Positions 18,252-27,806 of a stretch of DNA of 64,000 nt are shown here, one piece after another. Every line of letters begins with the position of its first letter. Position 1 is the first letter of the stretch. The DNA is from Planctomycetia bacterium. Lineage in GTDB: Bacteria > Planctomycetota > Planctomycetia > Gemmatales > Gemmataceae. The position numbers and the translations under genes were made by a program. Below the pieces are notes generated by a model. That model did not search any database, was not told the origin of the DNA, and saw nothing but the letters and a program-made list of their open reading frames with translations. Location: positions 22,984 to 86,983 of the forward strand of contig SYHD01000215.1 of assembly GCA_005799265.1 (NCBI GenBank). The letters are read 5' to 3'.

Positions 18252-19031
18252 ATGAAGCGCAAGGGAATCCAACTCGGCGTCATCGCCGCGCTGTTCGGGC
18301 TTGGCATCTTCTTCCTGGCAATTCCAGGCGCTAGCCAGACCGGTTTCAACGAACGGGAGGTCAAGTCACAGCCGTCGCAGCTTGACAAGATCGGCGTCTG
18401 GGCCATGGATTTTCGCTTCAAAGATCCGCGCATTCTCAAGGTGAAGCTCCCCGCGCGCGGCGAACGTGTGTGCTGGTATTTGTGGTACCAAGTGATCAAT
18501 CGCTCCGAGAAACCGCAGGAGATTCAGCCCTACTTCGAATTGGTCACGCTCGACCAGCCGGGCATCTATCGCGACGAGATACTCATCACGGCCGAGGAGA
18601 AGATCAAGGCCATCGAGGACCCGACGGGCTACCAGAACATTCGCAACGCCGTGCTGATGTCGAAATTCGCCATTCCGCTGTCGAAGCCCGCGGACGAGGC
18701 GTTTCCCAAGCCTATCACGGGCGTCGCCATCTGGGACGCGGGGCCGGCGGATCCCAGGAAGGCCGATGGCAATTTCAAGGAGATGATGGAGACGACGCGC
18801 TTCACGATCTTCGTGCGCGGCCTGTCGAACGGCTCCGTCGAGGTGGACGCTCCCGCGCCGGGCTTGCCGCCGATCACGCAATACAAAACGCTGCAGCTCA
18901 ATTTCAAGCGCAAGGGGGACCGCTTCTCGACCGATTCGCGCGACATCGAATTTGTTTCGCCCGCCCAGTGGATTTATCGCTCGGCGGCTCGTACAATCTC
19001 CATTGTCAAGAAGGAAGAGAAGAAACTTTGA
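18252..19031 (+). CDS. Hypothetical membrane-anchored/secreted protein
   Basis: 259-aa ORF with a strong RBS. N-terminal hydrophobic segment [19 protein letters not shown]. No family recognised. Confidence 0.6.
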   Translation: MKRKGIQLGVIAALFGLGIFFLAIPGASQTGFNEREVKSQPSQLDKIGVWAMDFRFKDPRILKVKLPARGERVCWYLWYQVINRSEKPQEIQPYFELVTLDQPGIYRDEILITAEEKIKAIEDPTGYQNIRNAVLMSKFAIPLSKPADEAFPKPITGVAIWDAGPADPRKADGNFKEMMETTRFTIFVRGLSNGSVEVDAPAPGLPPITQYKTLQLNFKRKGDRFSTDSRDIEFVSPAQWIYRSAARTISIVKKEEKKL

Positions 19032-19063
19032 CTGCCGCTTGCGGCGTAGCAGGGGAATTTGCA

Positions 19064-19318
19064 ATGGCTCATAAGAAAGGTCAAGGTTCTACACGCACTG
19101 GTCGCGATTCCAAGGCCAAGCGCCGCGGCATCAAGGCGTACGGCGGCCAAACCGTCACTGCGGGGAGCATCATCGTGCGGCAGTGTGGCACCAAGTTTCA
19201 TCCGGGCCGCAACACCAGCATCGGCCGCGATAACACGATCTTCGCGCTCGTGGACGGCGTCGTCGAATTCGCCATCGGCGGAAGACGAATCAATGTCGTT
19301 CCCGTTGGAACCAACTAG
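19064..19318 (+). CDS. rpmA: 50S ribosomal protein L27
   Basis: [50 protein letters not shown]... is the canonical L27 sequence. It is embedded in the 3' part of track ORF 18470-19318. Confidence 0.95.
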   Translation: MAHKKGQGSTRTGRDSKAKRRGIKAYGGQTVTAGSIIVRQCGTKFHPGRNTSIGRDNTIFALVDGVVEFAIGGRRINVVPVGTN

Positions 19319-19357
19319 CGCAATTTTATTTGGCGGTCGTAGAATCCCTGCGAGCGT

Positions 19358-20206
19358 TTACCGCCCCTCATTCCATGCATCGATCGCCAGTCGAAAATGC
19401 ATGATGTGGTCGGGCGTTGTGCCGCAGCATCCCCCGACCATTGCGATGCCTTCCTCCAAAAGCGGCCCCAAATCAGCCGCCATCGCGTCTGGCGACCGTG
19501 GATATCTCCATCCCGAAGCCGTCCGTTTCGGCGTCCCCGCATTGGGTCGAATGAACACCGGCAGTTCGCAAGCATCGTGATACCGCCGCACGATCTCTCG
19601 CATGTTCTTCATGCTCAGATTCCGCCCGCAGTTGACGCCGAGCGCGACAGCTCCAGTCTGCTGCGCGGCCCTCGCGCACGCTTCCGGTTGCTCATCCGTG
19701 AACGTTCGCCAACCTGCTTTGCGGCTTCGATAATACGTGAACGAAACCAGCAACGGCGGCGTCGATCGCTTCCGCGCGTGGGCAAATGTGCGCAAGTCAT
19801 CGAGGGACGACCACGTCTCCAATAGCACACCGTCAAGGGATTTGCATTCCCGCAGCACCTCGGACGCGACCTTCGGCATGCATTCGCTGAACGGGCCGAT
19901 GTCCCCCAGGATGTAACGCGGTGAAGGACGCGCGGACCGAGCGGCGTCGAGAGCGGATTGCCAAAGTGCGTGATGGAATTCAGCGGTGCAGCTCCGGCCG
20001 AGCACGACGGGATTGACTTGGAAAGTGTTCGTCAAGATGACGGATGCTTTCGCCGCGGTGTGCTGCGCATGGATCAAGGCGACGCGCTCGGGCTCCGTCC
20101 TGGCGGCAAATCTTGGCGATTCGTGCAGCCGCATTAACTCCGTGCCCATCGCGCCGTCCATGAGGAGAACGCAGCCGGAGTGCAGGGCTCGGACGAATTC
20201 GTTCAT
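19358..20206 (-). CDS. Homocysteine S-methyltransferase domain protein
   Basis: LLMDGAMGTEL at the N-terminus. GVNCG and GGCCGTTPDHI zinc-ligand motifs typical of the Hcy-binding (S-methyl_trans) domain. Confidence 0.8.
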   Translation of the reverse strand: MNEFVRALHSGCVLLMDGAMGTELMRLHESPRFAARTEPERVALIHAQHTAAKASVILTNTFQVNPVVLGRSCTAEFHHALWQSALDAARSARPSPRYILGDIGPFSECMPKVASEVLRECKSLDGVLLETWSSLDDLRTFAHARKRSTPPLLVSFTYYRSRKAGWRTFTDEQPEACARAAQQTGAVALGVNCGRNLSMKNMREIVRRYHDACELPVFIRPNAGTPKRTASGWRYPRSPDAMAADLGPLLEEGIAMVGGCCGTTPDHIMHFRLAIDAWNEGR

Positions 20207-20230
20207 GCGGGCATTCTATAACGACGGCCT

Positions 20231-20289
20231 CGTTTAGCGTTCGCAGTAAACCTGCGAGCCGCCTGGCGTTTCACTGCGAACGCTAAACG
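20231..20289. repeat. Palindromic repeat, PAL-1 subfamily a (CGTTTAGCGTTCGCAGT arms)
   Basis: CGTTTAGCGTTCGCAGT (20231-20247) is the perfect reverse complement of 20273-20289, with a 25-nt loop that extends the stem (AAAC/GTTT). Lies in the intergenic gap between co-directional minus genes. Confidence 0.9.
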
Positions 20290-20297
20290 AAAGGCGA

Positions 20298-20741
20298 TCA
20301 TTTCTGTTTCTCGAGAATCGGCGCGGCGTAGGCGCCAACGTACGAATCGAAGACGCGTACTTTCTTCCAGTTGTCCTTGTTCTCGGCGATGAATTCGTCG
20401 TGTCGTTTCGCGACCTGGTATTTGTCGTGTGCGTCGAGGTCCTTGAAGACAATGTGCAGAGCGACGTCGAAATCGACATCGTTGACCTCACGCTTGAGCG
20501 ATTCCACGAGCCCGCCGGTGGCGAAGAAGACCTCCCCTTCATGGCCGGTCAGGTATTTCTTGCACGCCTCGACCAGTTTTTGCTTGGCCGCGGGCGAGTT
20601 GTCCTTGAGTGAGAAATAGACATCATGGGACAGCATCATCTTCTCCTTTTTCTGCAGGACGGACGCATCCACGCCTTGCAGCGCGGCATAACCGACGACG
20701 GCGACAACAGCGAGCGCGACGAATTTCAGGGTCTGACGCAT
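20298..20741 (-). CDS. Secreted Dabb (stress-responsive alpha/beta-barrel) domain protein
   Basis: Signal peptide MRQTLKFVALAVVAVVGYAALQG. HDVYFSLKD...VALHIVFKDLDAHDKYQVAKRHDEFI fits the Dabb family pattern. Confidence 0.7.
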   Translation of the reverse strand: MRQTLKFVALAVVAVVGYAALQGVDASVLQKKEKMMLSHDVYFSLKDNSPAAKQKLVEACKKYLTGHEGEVFFATGGLVESLKREVNDVDFDVALHIVFKDLDAHDKYQVAKRHDEFIAENKDNWKKVRVFDSYVGAYAAPILEKQK

Positions 20742-20803
20742 GGCGGTCCTCCAGTTGAAGTGTAGGTTCCTTCAAAGTGTACGACGCTTTTCTGGATCGG
20801 CAA

Positions 20804-21703
20804 CTATGGCGAGGTGGCGGCAAGTCGCAGCGAAAACGTTTCCACGTCGCGAAAACACTTCCCGGCCGGATCATACGCCCGACGCACGGCGTTGAGCGCG
20901 TTGTCGTCGATCGCGTACTCGCCGTAGGACCAGAGTTCATTTTGCGTCGCAGTGCCGGAACAGATGACGGGAAAGGACGCGCCCGGCGGCATTTGAAAAT
21001 GGTAGGCCGAGTGGCGATGTCCGTGCAACCAAAGGTTGACGCCGCCGGCGTTGGCGACATCAAGCAATGCATCGAGATCTTGCAGACCGTGGTAGAAGGG
21101 TTCGCGCCGACCGCTGGATAGGCAAATCGGAAAGTGCAGCACGAGAATTCGCAAGCCAGGATCGAGTTGCGCGAGTAGCGACTTGAGCCGATCGAGTTGC
21201 TCCGCGCCGACGGTCCCGCCCGCGTCCCAGGGCCACCGATTGCCGGTAGCCGCGTTGATGCCGATGAGCCAGATCGGTCCGACCGGCTGGGCGAAGGGAT
21301 AGTGATGCGCGCCGATGCGCCGCCCCTGCTGCCAGGGCATGAAATGGCGTTCGAAGTCCCCGGAACTTGCTGCCGTTGGCGTGCAATAATCATGATTGCC
21401 CGGAATCGCCAGGCCCGGTATCGGCAGGTCATGGACGCGCAATGCCTCGGCGGCGCCGCGAATCTCGGACTCGAAGCCCAGCGCCGTGGCGTCGCCTGAG
21501 AAGACCACGTGATCGATTTCACGCCGCACTAGCTCGGCCATCAAACACGCGACGATCTCATCCGCGAGCGCAAATCGACGGGCCCGTCCGAGGAAGCGAT
21601 GATTGAACCAGGAGGTGAGCCGTTTCGAGAACCAGTCGCCGAGTTGCCATTCGAGACGCCCGGACGTGAGATGGATGTCGCTTATGTGTGCTAGGCGGAT
21701 CAT
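20804..21703 (-). CDS. Metallophosphoesterase (calcineurin-like)
   Basis: Motifs ISDIHL, FSGDAT, GNHD and HGHRH occur in the canonical order. Confidence 0.8.
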   Translation of the reverse strand: MIRLAHISDIHLTSGRLEWQLGDWFSKRLTSWFNHRFLGRARRFALADEIVACLMAELVRREIDHVVFSGDATALGFESEIRGAAEALRVHDLPIPGLAIPGNHDYCTPTAASSGDFERHFMPWQQGRRIGAHHYPFAQPVGPIWLIGINAATGNRWPWDAGGTVGAEQLDRLKSLLAQLDPGLRILVLHFPICLSSGRREPFYHGLQDLDALLDVANAGGVNLWLHGHRHSAYHFQMPPGASFPVICSGTATQNELWSYGEYAIDDNALNAVRRAYDPAGKCFRDVETFSLRLAATSP

Positions 21704-21744
21704 GCGTGTGTCTCGTTAGGAGATAATATTATGGAAGGCGCATC

Positions 21745-21758
21745 GCGAACGCTAAACG
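21745..21758. repeat. PAL-1 half-element (right arm only: GCGAACGCTAAACG)
   Basis: Matches the right arm of 20231-20289. No convincing left arm. Lies in the divergent intergenic region 69 nt upstream of ATG 21827. Confidence 0.5.
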
Positions 21759-21826
21759 AATTGCGCCGCGGTTCCTACAATGGGGCTATTCCGACATCAA
21801 CGTGGGCTTTTTGAAGGATTCAGCCG

Positions 21827-22195
21827 ATGCCGAAAATTACATTCGTCAATCAAAAGAAAGAAATCGAAGTCCCCGCCGGCTCGAATTTGCGAGACGAGGC
21901 GAAGAAAGCCGGCATTCAGATGCACCCGTCGTTTCCCCCCTTCAACTGCATGGGCCACGGGCTTTGCGCAACTTGCCGGGTTCTTGTCAAACAAGGCAAG
22001 GAAAACCTCAGCACAAAGGGCCTGGTCGAGAAAATCAGCTTTGCTGTCCTGCATCCGTTCGCGAATATCGGCAGTGAGGAGGAGATGCGTCTGGCCTGCC
22101 AGTGCACCATCAAGGGCGACGTCGCGGTCGAGACCACGCCGGCGCTGAACCTGAGCGGCGAGACGTTTTGGCAGAAGCCGTATCCCAACAAATAA
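21827..22195 (+). CDS. 2Fe-2S ferredoxin-like protein
   Basis: 122 aa. Cys cluster CMGHGLCATCRV plus distal RLACQC, in a beta-grasp-like context (KITFVNQKKEIEVPAGSNLRD). Confidence 0.6.
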   Translation: MPKITFVNQKKEIEVPAGSNLRDEAKKAGIQMHPSFPPFNCMGHGLCATCRVLVKQGKENLSTKGLVEKISFAVLHPFANIGSEEEMRLACQCTIKGDVAVETTPALNLSGETFWQKPYPNK

Positions 22196-22207
22196 CCATC
22201 CCGCGAG

Positions 22208-22236
22208 CCCCAGGATGAGCGCAGCGGATCCTGGGG
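22208..22236 (+). repeat. 29-nt hairpin with conserved loop (family with 16255-16283)
   Basis: CCCCAGGAT-gagcgcagcgg-ATCCTGGGG, a perfect 9-bp stem. It starts 13 nt after the ferredoxin stop. A T-run (GTTTTTTC) follows ~20 nt later. Confidence 0.8.
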
Positions 22237-22428
22237 CGCAGCGATTGTGGTTCATCTTGTTTTTTCGGCCTCCTTTATTTACCCTTGTTCCGGTAGCCAA
22301 GCGGCACCGTCGCGCCAGGATGGCGTGATGCCCCCCAAGCGATGCCGCTCCTTTGCGGCGCCGGCGCGAGTAGGTCCTCTTCGCGATTCACCGACGCCAG
22401 CTTAGCTTCGCACAGCAAGGATGCTTGC

Positions 22429-24138
22429 ATGTTCCGATTCGACATCGTCTCGCTCGTCGGACTGCTTCTGATCGCGCTGATTGGCAACGGCTATGCCGAT
22501 CCGCAAGATGAAAAAAATGACCGCATCCAGAAAACTCTTGCATTGCAGACGGCACTGGCACAGGCTCGCGTTCATCTGACGGACCGGCAGTCGCAAAAAG
22601 CCGTCGAGATCCTCGAACAGCAACTCCCCCATGTGAATGGCAACAACGCCTACCTGATCGCTCTGCGCCAGGCGTACCGCGCCTACATCATGGATCTATA
22701 CTTCGCGGGCCAACCGGAACAGGCCCGCCGCTATCACGAACGGCTCTGCATTATCGATCCGAGTGCCGCCAACGACCGGGCCTTGCAACCCCAACAGCCT
22801 GATCCAGAGCCGCGCAAGTTCGAGCCGGATCCTCCCAAGCAGGCGGCCAAGCTGCCATTTCCGCTCTTCAAGTTGCCGAGCTTTAACATTCCCTTCGCCA
22901 AACGAGACGAGAAAGGCCCGCCGACTGTGAAGCTGTCGATGGCACGTGGCGTGTCCGATGACGCGGTCATCGACGATCCCTTCGCGGTCCATAATCGGCG
23001 TGAAGCGATCGCGGTCGGTCCGTCTCCGGTTGTCAATCCGGCCCGAGCGCGGGACCTGCTCATGCGCGGCGCCGATGAATTTCGCAACGAACGCTACGCC
23101 GAGGCGCGTCACTGCTTCGAGCAGGCATATCAGGCGGATCAATCGACGTTGCCGACATACAAGACGCAGTGGGCGTATTGCATCATCAAAGGGGTCGCTG
23201 ACGTGATGGAGCAACCGGGCGTCTTGCCGGCACGCTTACCCGAACTCAAGCAGCAAGTCGAAGGCGCGATTGGCATGTCGCCGGGAAACTTCATGGCGGT
23301 GGGACAGCAGCTCCTGGAGCGGCTCGAACAGAAAGCCAAGCACAACGCCGTGCTGCCGCGGGGTCAGACTTTCAAGATCAAGCACTGGGGCAAGAATGAG
23401 GGAGGCTGGCTGGTCGCAGAGACGCCGCACTTCCACATTTTTCATCGCAAGGACAATGACTTCGCCGAGCGTGTCGCCCGGATCGCCGAACACACACGTT
23501 TAACTATGTATCGCAAATGGTTCAACAGTGACGGTCATGAATGGCAGCCCGTTTGCGACCTGATCCTGCATGCCAACGGCGCCGATTATACGCACATGAC
23601 CGGCGTCCAGGGCAACTCGCCGGGGCATTCGCGTATCGAGAGCGATCCCTCTGGTCGCGTCATTGATCGCCGCATGGATCTCCGTCTCGATATTCCGCGC
23701 ATGATGGACGACGTCCTGCCTCACGAAACCACGCACGTCGTGCTCGCGGGCATGTTCGGCAACGCCCCGGTGCCGCGCTGGGCGGATGAAGGCATCGCGG
23801 TTCTTTCGGAGCCGGATGACAAGGTCAATCAGCATCGCCAGAATTTGCTCAAGCATCACAAGGACGGTCTGCTCTTCGGCCTGAAGCAGCTAATGGAGTT
23901 GAAAGACTATCCGCACCCGCGTCAGATCTCCGCGTTCTACGCCCAGAGTGTCGTCCTGGTCGAATTCCTCACGCACAAACGCGGGCCCAAGACGCTGACC
24001 GATTTCGTGAAAGACTCCGTCCACTACGGTTACGACACGTCCTTACAACGCCATTATGGCTTGACGTTCGCCCAGCTCGAACAGGAATGGCGCACTCAAA
24101 TCATCGACAATCCGCAACGTCTGGCGGCGACGAAGTGA
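22429..24138 (+). CDS. Membrane-anchored TPR-like + peptidase MA-like (HExxH) protein
   Basis: ATG 22429 gives MFRFDIVSLVGLLLIALIG. C-terminal HETTHVVLAGMFGN...WADEGIAVLSE (HExxH plus a distal Glu). Confidence 0.6.
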   Translation: MFRFDIVSLVGLLLIALIGNGYADPQDEKNDRIQKTLALQTALAQARVHLTDRQSQKAVEILEQQLPHVNGNNAYLIALRQAYRAYIMDLYFAGQPEQARRYHERLCIIDPSAANDRALQPQQPDPEPRKFEPDPPKQAAKLPFPLFKLPSFNIPFAKRDEKGPPTVKLSMARGVSDDAVIDDPFAVHNRREAIAVGPSPVVNPARARDLLMRGADEFRNERYAEARHCFEQAYQADQSTLPTYKTQWAYCIIKGVADVMEQPGVLPARLPELKQQVEGAIGMSPGNFMAVGQQLLERLEQKAKHNAVLPRGQTFKIKHWGKNEGGWLVAETPHFHIFHRKDNDFAERVARIAEHTRLTMYRKWFNSDGHEWQPVCDLILHANGADYTHMTGVQGNSPGHSRIESDPSGRVIDRRMDLRLDIPRMMDDVLPHETTHVVLAGMFGNAPVPRWADEGIAVLSEPDDKVNQHRQNLLKHHKDGLLFGLKQLMELKDYPHPRQISAFYAQSVVLVEFLTHKRGPKTLTDFVKDSVHYGYDTSLQRHYGLTFAQLEQEWRTQIIDNPQRLAATK

Positions 24139-24145
24139 TCCATCA

Positions 24146-24206
24146 GTTAGTCGGACGCGCAAGCGACGGACATAGAAAAAATCCGTCGCTTGCGCGTCCG
24201 GCTAAC
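24146..24206. repeat. Palindromic repeat, PAL-2 (GTTAG(T/C)CGGACGCGCAAGCGACGGA arms), intergenic copy
   Basis: 25-nt arms 24146-24170 and 24182-24206 with a single T.G position; the 11-nt loop is CATAGAAAAAA. Lies between convergent genes. It contains the TAG stop (24202-24204) of the minus-strand gene. Confidence 0.95.
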
Positions 24207-26442
24207 GGCTGATCGCCTCGATCTGGTAGCTGACGGATTTCTCGCCATGCCACACGACAGGCATTGCAGCGCCGTCGAGCAAGTCGATCATCAAATTCCG
24301 ACATTGCGCCTTTGATAGATAGCGGTCCGTCCAGTCTTCGGGTGAAAGCTTGATACGTTGCGGCCGATCGAACGTGATGCGCACGCTGCCGCCGAAGCGT
24401 GTCAACTTCACGGCGGTGATGTGATCCTGATATTCCGTCGTCGCCGCGGCCCATTGACCCTTCGATTGCAATTCGATGATCGTCGCGACTTCCTTGGCCT
24501 GCCTGCCTGCTTCCTTGAGAAAAATAGGAATCGTCTCGTACAGTTCTGTAACTTTGTCCTGCCCTGTCGAATTCGCCGAGGTTTCGATGCGGACCTTGCT
24601 TGAATCAAACGTGAAGGTGCGCGTGAGCTGGATGCGACCTTCGAGAACCTTGCCCTGGCCCAATTGTTCGGCCGGGAGCGTGCCGGTGATCTTGACGATG
24701 CTGGCGTTCTTGTCCTGACGAGTGATCACTTCGGGTTGGCGAATGCGCGCGGACGTGAAGACCTTGCCGTTGTACTTGGCGCCGCTGACCGCGTGCAGAG
24801 GCCAGAGGCGCCAGTCTTCGACGAGGTCAAAGCTTTTGTCCCAGGAGTTGCCGCCGCGCCGGCCGAGAATGACCGCGCCGGTTGTCGGGGTCCAGAACGC
24901 GGAGAGTTGCCCGCCGCCGAAGCCAAGTGGGCCGGCGAATTTGAAATGGCCGTCTTCCAGGCTTGGATAGCCGATGGGGCCGCCGTGCACGATGGCGGCA
25001 TAAGTGTTTTGTTTGGCGACAGTAAACGCGCCGGCGAAATCGCGCACAAAGTTCTCGGTACGCAGAAACGGCGATTTCAACCACGGGGAGTTTTCGTCCT
25101 GCAGCTTGAGCCGTTTCGCATGACTGCCGGGTGGATAGAATTCGTAGCCGTAGTTGACCGTGGCGGGAAAATTGAACGATTGCCACAAGCGCCAGCGCCA
25201 GGGATGCGAGGTCAGTTGTTCATTCTTGAGAAAGCCTCCTCCCTTGGGATTGACGGGGTTCTCCGCCAACTGTTGGCGAAACGCGCTGGCACGCTGATCG
25301 GGAGCTTTCCTGAGGTCATCCGCGGTCGGCAACTTGTTCAAATAAACCGCTTCATCGGTCACCAGTGAGGCGAAGGAGTCGCGCGCGATGCCCCATTCCC
25401 ATTGGTCACCCCAGGCGTCGCTCGATGTGCGCGAATTGAAATGGGTGGGCCCAATGTATCGCCCGTCCGGCTCCGGCAGGCACAGATGCGCACGCAAGCG
25501 ATAACAGCGCGTGACCGCGTCCTTGGCGAATGGCCAATCGCTGGCGAGCGCCGCCCAGGTCGCGAAGAAATTGCTCATGCCCTGGTAGCCCATATCGATG
25601 CCGCGCTGATCGAGAAAAAATCCCGCCGGGTGAAAGTGTTGCGGATCGGTGAACAGCCGTCGCGCATACGCCTCGGCGTCTTTCGTGAACGCCGGATCTT
25701 TGAGCGCCTGGCTGACGTACCACAGTCCGACCGTGGCGACGACTTCCAGGTTCGGCTCCTCTCCCTCCGGCCCCCAGTCGAACACGCGCTGCCCCATGCG
25801 CCGCAACCCGGTTTCATATGCTTTTTGCACATCAACGGGCAGCTGGTCCTTGAAGCCCGCATACGGATGCGCAAACAGGATCAATTGGCTGCCGAACCAG
25901 TCCGAGCGACTGCCGCCGCGTTCGGGATGGTGTTCGAGCTGATCGTCGAGCATCATCAGATGAATGCTCGCCGTGACGAAAGCGCGCAGCTTCAAGGCGC
26001 GATTGTGATAGTAAGGATTGCCTGGTTGTTTCCAGGTGACGAAGGCGATCAACGCCTCCGGACAAACCGGCGGCACGTGGACGCCTTCCGGGCGCTCCAA
26101 TGCGCTCAAGACGAACAGCGCCGGTGGCGCGTTTACCGCCGGGGCGCCGCGTTTGGTCCCGACCAGCGGCTGAGCCATAAGCGTGAACAGGTGCTGGCGA
26201 TATTGGTACTCGGCATCGGCGGGCGTCGGCTGAGACGTGATCGGCTCCTTCACGCCGTGGGTAAAGTCCTTCTCGGATAGCGTTGCCATGAACGCACGGA
26301 GTTGCTTTTGATACGCATGCTCCTGCGGCAGGGTTGCCCGCGGCGGCGGCGGCACGGGCACTTTTCGACCCCCCGCGCGAACTGCGGGATTGCCGAGGAT
26401 CAACAGGCCAAGAATGCACGCCGCGATTTTTTGTGCGTTCAT
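24202..26442 (-). CDS. Large secreted hypothetical protein
   Basis: ATG 26442 gives MNAQKIAACILGLLILGNPAVRAG. 746 aa with no family recognised. The upstream 65 codons of the track ORF are discarded. Confidence 0.6.
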   Translation of the reverse strand: MNAQKIAACILGLLILGNPAVRAGGRKVPVPPPPRATLPQEHAYQKQLRAFMATLSEKDFTHGVKEPITSQPTPADAEYQYRQHLFTLMAQPLVGTKRGAPAVNAPPALFVLSALERPEGVHVPPVCPEALIAFVTWKQPGNPYYHNRALKLRAFVTASIHLMMLDDQLEHHPERGGSRSDWFGSQLILFAHPYAGFKDQLPVDVQKAYETGLRRMGQRVFDWGPEGEEPNLEVVATVGLWYVSQALKDPAFTKDAEAYARRLFTDPQHFHPAGFFLDQRGIDMGYQGMSNFFATWAALASDWPFAKDAVTRCYRLRAHLCLPEPDGRYIGPTHFNSRTSSDAWGDQWEWGIARDSFASLVTDEAVYLNKLPTADDLRKAPDQRASAFRQQLAENPVNPKGGGFLKNEQLTSHPWRWRLWQSFNFPATVNYGYEFYPPGSHAKRLKLQDENSPWLKSPFLRTENFVRDFAGAFTVAKQNTYAAIVHGGPIGYPSLEDGHFKFAGPLGFGGGQLSAFWTPTTGAVILGRRGGNSWDKSFDLVEDWRLWPLHAVSGAKYNGKVFTSARIRQPEVITRQDKNASIVKITGTLPAEQLGQGKVLEGRIQLTRTFTFDSSKVRIETSANSTGQDKVTELYETIPIFLKEAGRQAKEVATIIELQSKGQWAAATTEYQDHITAVKLTRFGGSVRITFDRPQRIKLSPEDWTDRYLSKAQCRNLMIDLLDGAAMPVVWHGEKSVSYQIEAISR

Positions 26443-26622
26443 CGGATTCCCTTGTGTGATGGGGCGTTTGAACGTGGACATTGTAGCGTGAATCCTTCGG
26501 AAATCTCGTGCATCGGGGCCGGCGGTAGAAGATAATCGAAGTGTCGTCGCGACGACCGATTTCGGTCGTGATGTGTGAAACCGCAAGCTTCGATTGGGGA
26601 TTCTCCTTTTGAGCGCATCCAC

Positions 26623-27792
26623 ATGATCGTCAATCATTCAGTCCTCTCTCTCGCAGCCTTGATCACTGCCGCCGTCGTGCCCGCGTTTGCGCAATTGATC
26701 GGCTACACCGAACTGCGCACGAATCTGCCCGGCGGCCGCCACGCCAATGTCCGCACCATGCGTGCCGCTGTCGTTCGCGGCGATGGCATGGGCCGACGCC
26801 TGCTCGCCGCGGACTTGGCCAACCAGCCCGATGCGTGGACGCAGTTCGCCGGTTGGTCGCCCGATGGTGCAACGGCGATCCTCGGACGCGGCTGGCAAAG
26901 CCCGGACAACGCGAAATGGGAAGAAGAACACAAGACCTTCCGTTTCACCAAGGACGGTTGGCTTCTTGATTCATACCTCGTCGATCTGGCGTCCGGAAAA
27001 ACAGAAAACGTGACGGCCGTCGAACGTGTCAGCTTCTACAACGGCGGACTTTTCTTTTGGCCGAACGACCCGACCAAGCTTGGCTTCACCGCCCTCATCA
27101 ACGGCAACTCGCATCCGTTTCGCATGGATCGCGATGGCCGTAACAAGGTCGATCTTACCAAGGCCTCGCGAGAGTTCGCCTACGGGTTCAACAGTTCACG
27201 CGACGGCAAACGGATCGCGTATCACAAGAATTATCACGTGTATCTCGCGGACGCCGACGGCTCGAACGTCGTCCACGTCAAGACGGGCAAGCCATTCAAC
27301 TTCGTGCCGACCTGGTCGCCCGACGGCAAGTGGGTGCTGTTCCTCAGTGGCGAGCACTACAACTGCCACCCGCATCTTGTCGGATCCGACGGCACGGGGC
27401 TGAAGAAACTCGCCGATCGCGGCGGCTACAAGGGCGTGATCGAATTCCTCGATGTCTTCGATTTCCATCACGGCAGCAGTGACACGCCCGTCTGGGCCGC
27501 GGATGGCAAATCGATCTTTCACGCCGGCCAAGTCGGCAAGAACGTCGAGCTGTTTCAGGTCGAACTCGACGGGAAAAGCACCCAGCTCACGAAGTCCGCA
27601 GACGGTTCCGTTCATTATCATCCGCAGCCATCCCCGGACGGCAAAGCGCTCGTCTACGGCTCGAAACGTGATGGCGTCCGACAACTCTACGTGATGAACC
27701 TCGTTGGTCGCAGCGAGACGCGCTTGACCGATCTCAAGGCCGGGTACGCCGCAATGTGGCCACACTGGCAGCCGACGCCGAACAAGAAATGA
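26623..27792 (+). CDS. Secreted PD40/TolB-like beta-propeller protein
   Basis: ATG 26623 gives MIVNHSVLSLAALITAAVVPAFAQ. Repeated WSPDG / PSPDGK blades. Confidence 0.65.
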   Translation: MIVNHSVLSLAALITAAVVPAFAQLIGYTELRTNLPGGRHANVRTMRAAVVRGDGMGRRLLAADLANQPDAWTQFAGWSPDGATAILGRGWQSPDNAKWEEEHKTFRFTKDGWLLDSYLVDLASGKTENVTAVERVSFYNGGLFFWPNDPTKLGFTALINGNSHPFRMDRDGRNKVDLTKASREFAYGFNSSRDGKRIAYHKNYHVYLADADGSNVVHVKTGKPFNFVPTWSPDGKWVLFLSGEHYNCHPHLVGSDGTGLKKLADRGGYKGVIEFLDVFDFHHGSSDTPVWAADGKSIFHAGQVGKNVELFQVELDGKSTQLTKSADGSVHYHPQPSPDGKALVYGSKRDGVRQLYVMNLVGRSETRLTDLKAGYAAMWPHWQPTPNKK

Positions 27793-27806
27793 CCACGCGC
27801 GATCCT

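Noticed and set aside
20623-21522. 299-aa minus-strand ORF of the same length as the metallophosphoesterase ORF.
   Set aside because: It is an out-of-frame overlap with 20804-21703, which carries the ordered phosphoesterase motifs. This frame is Ser/Arg/Ala-rich with no motifs.
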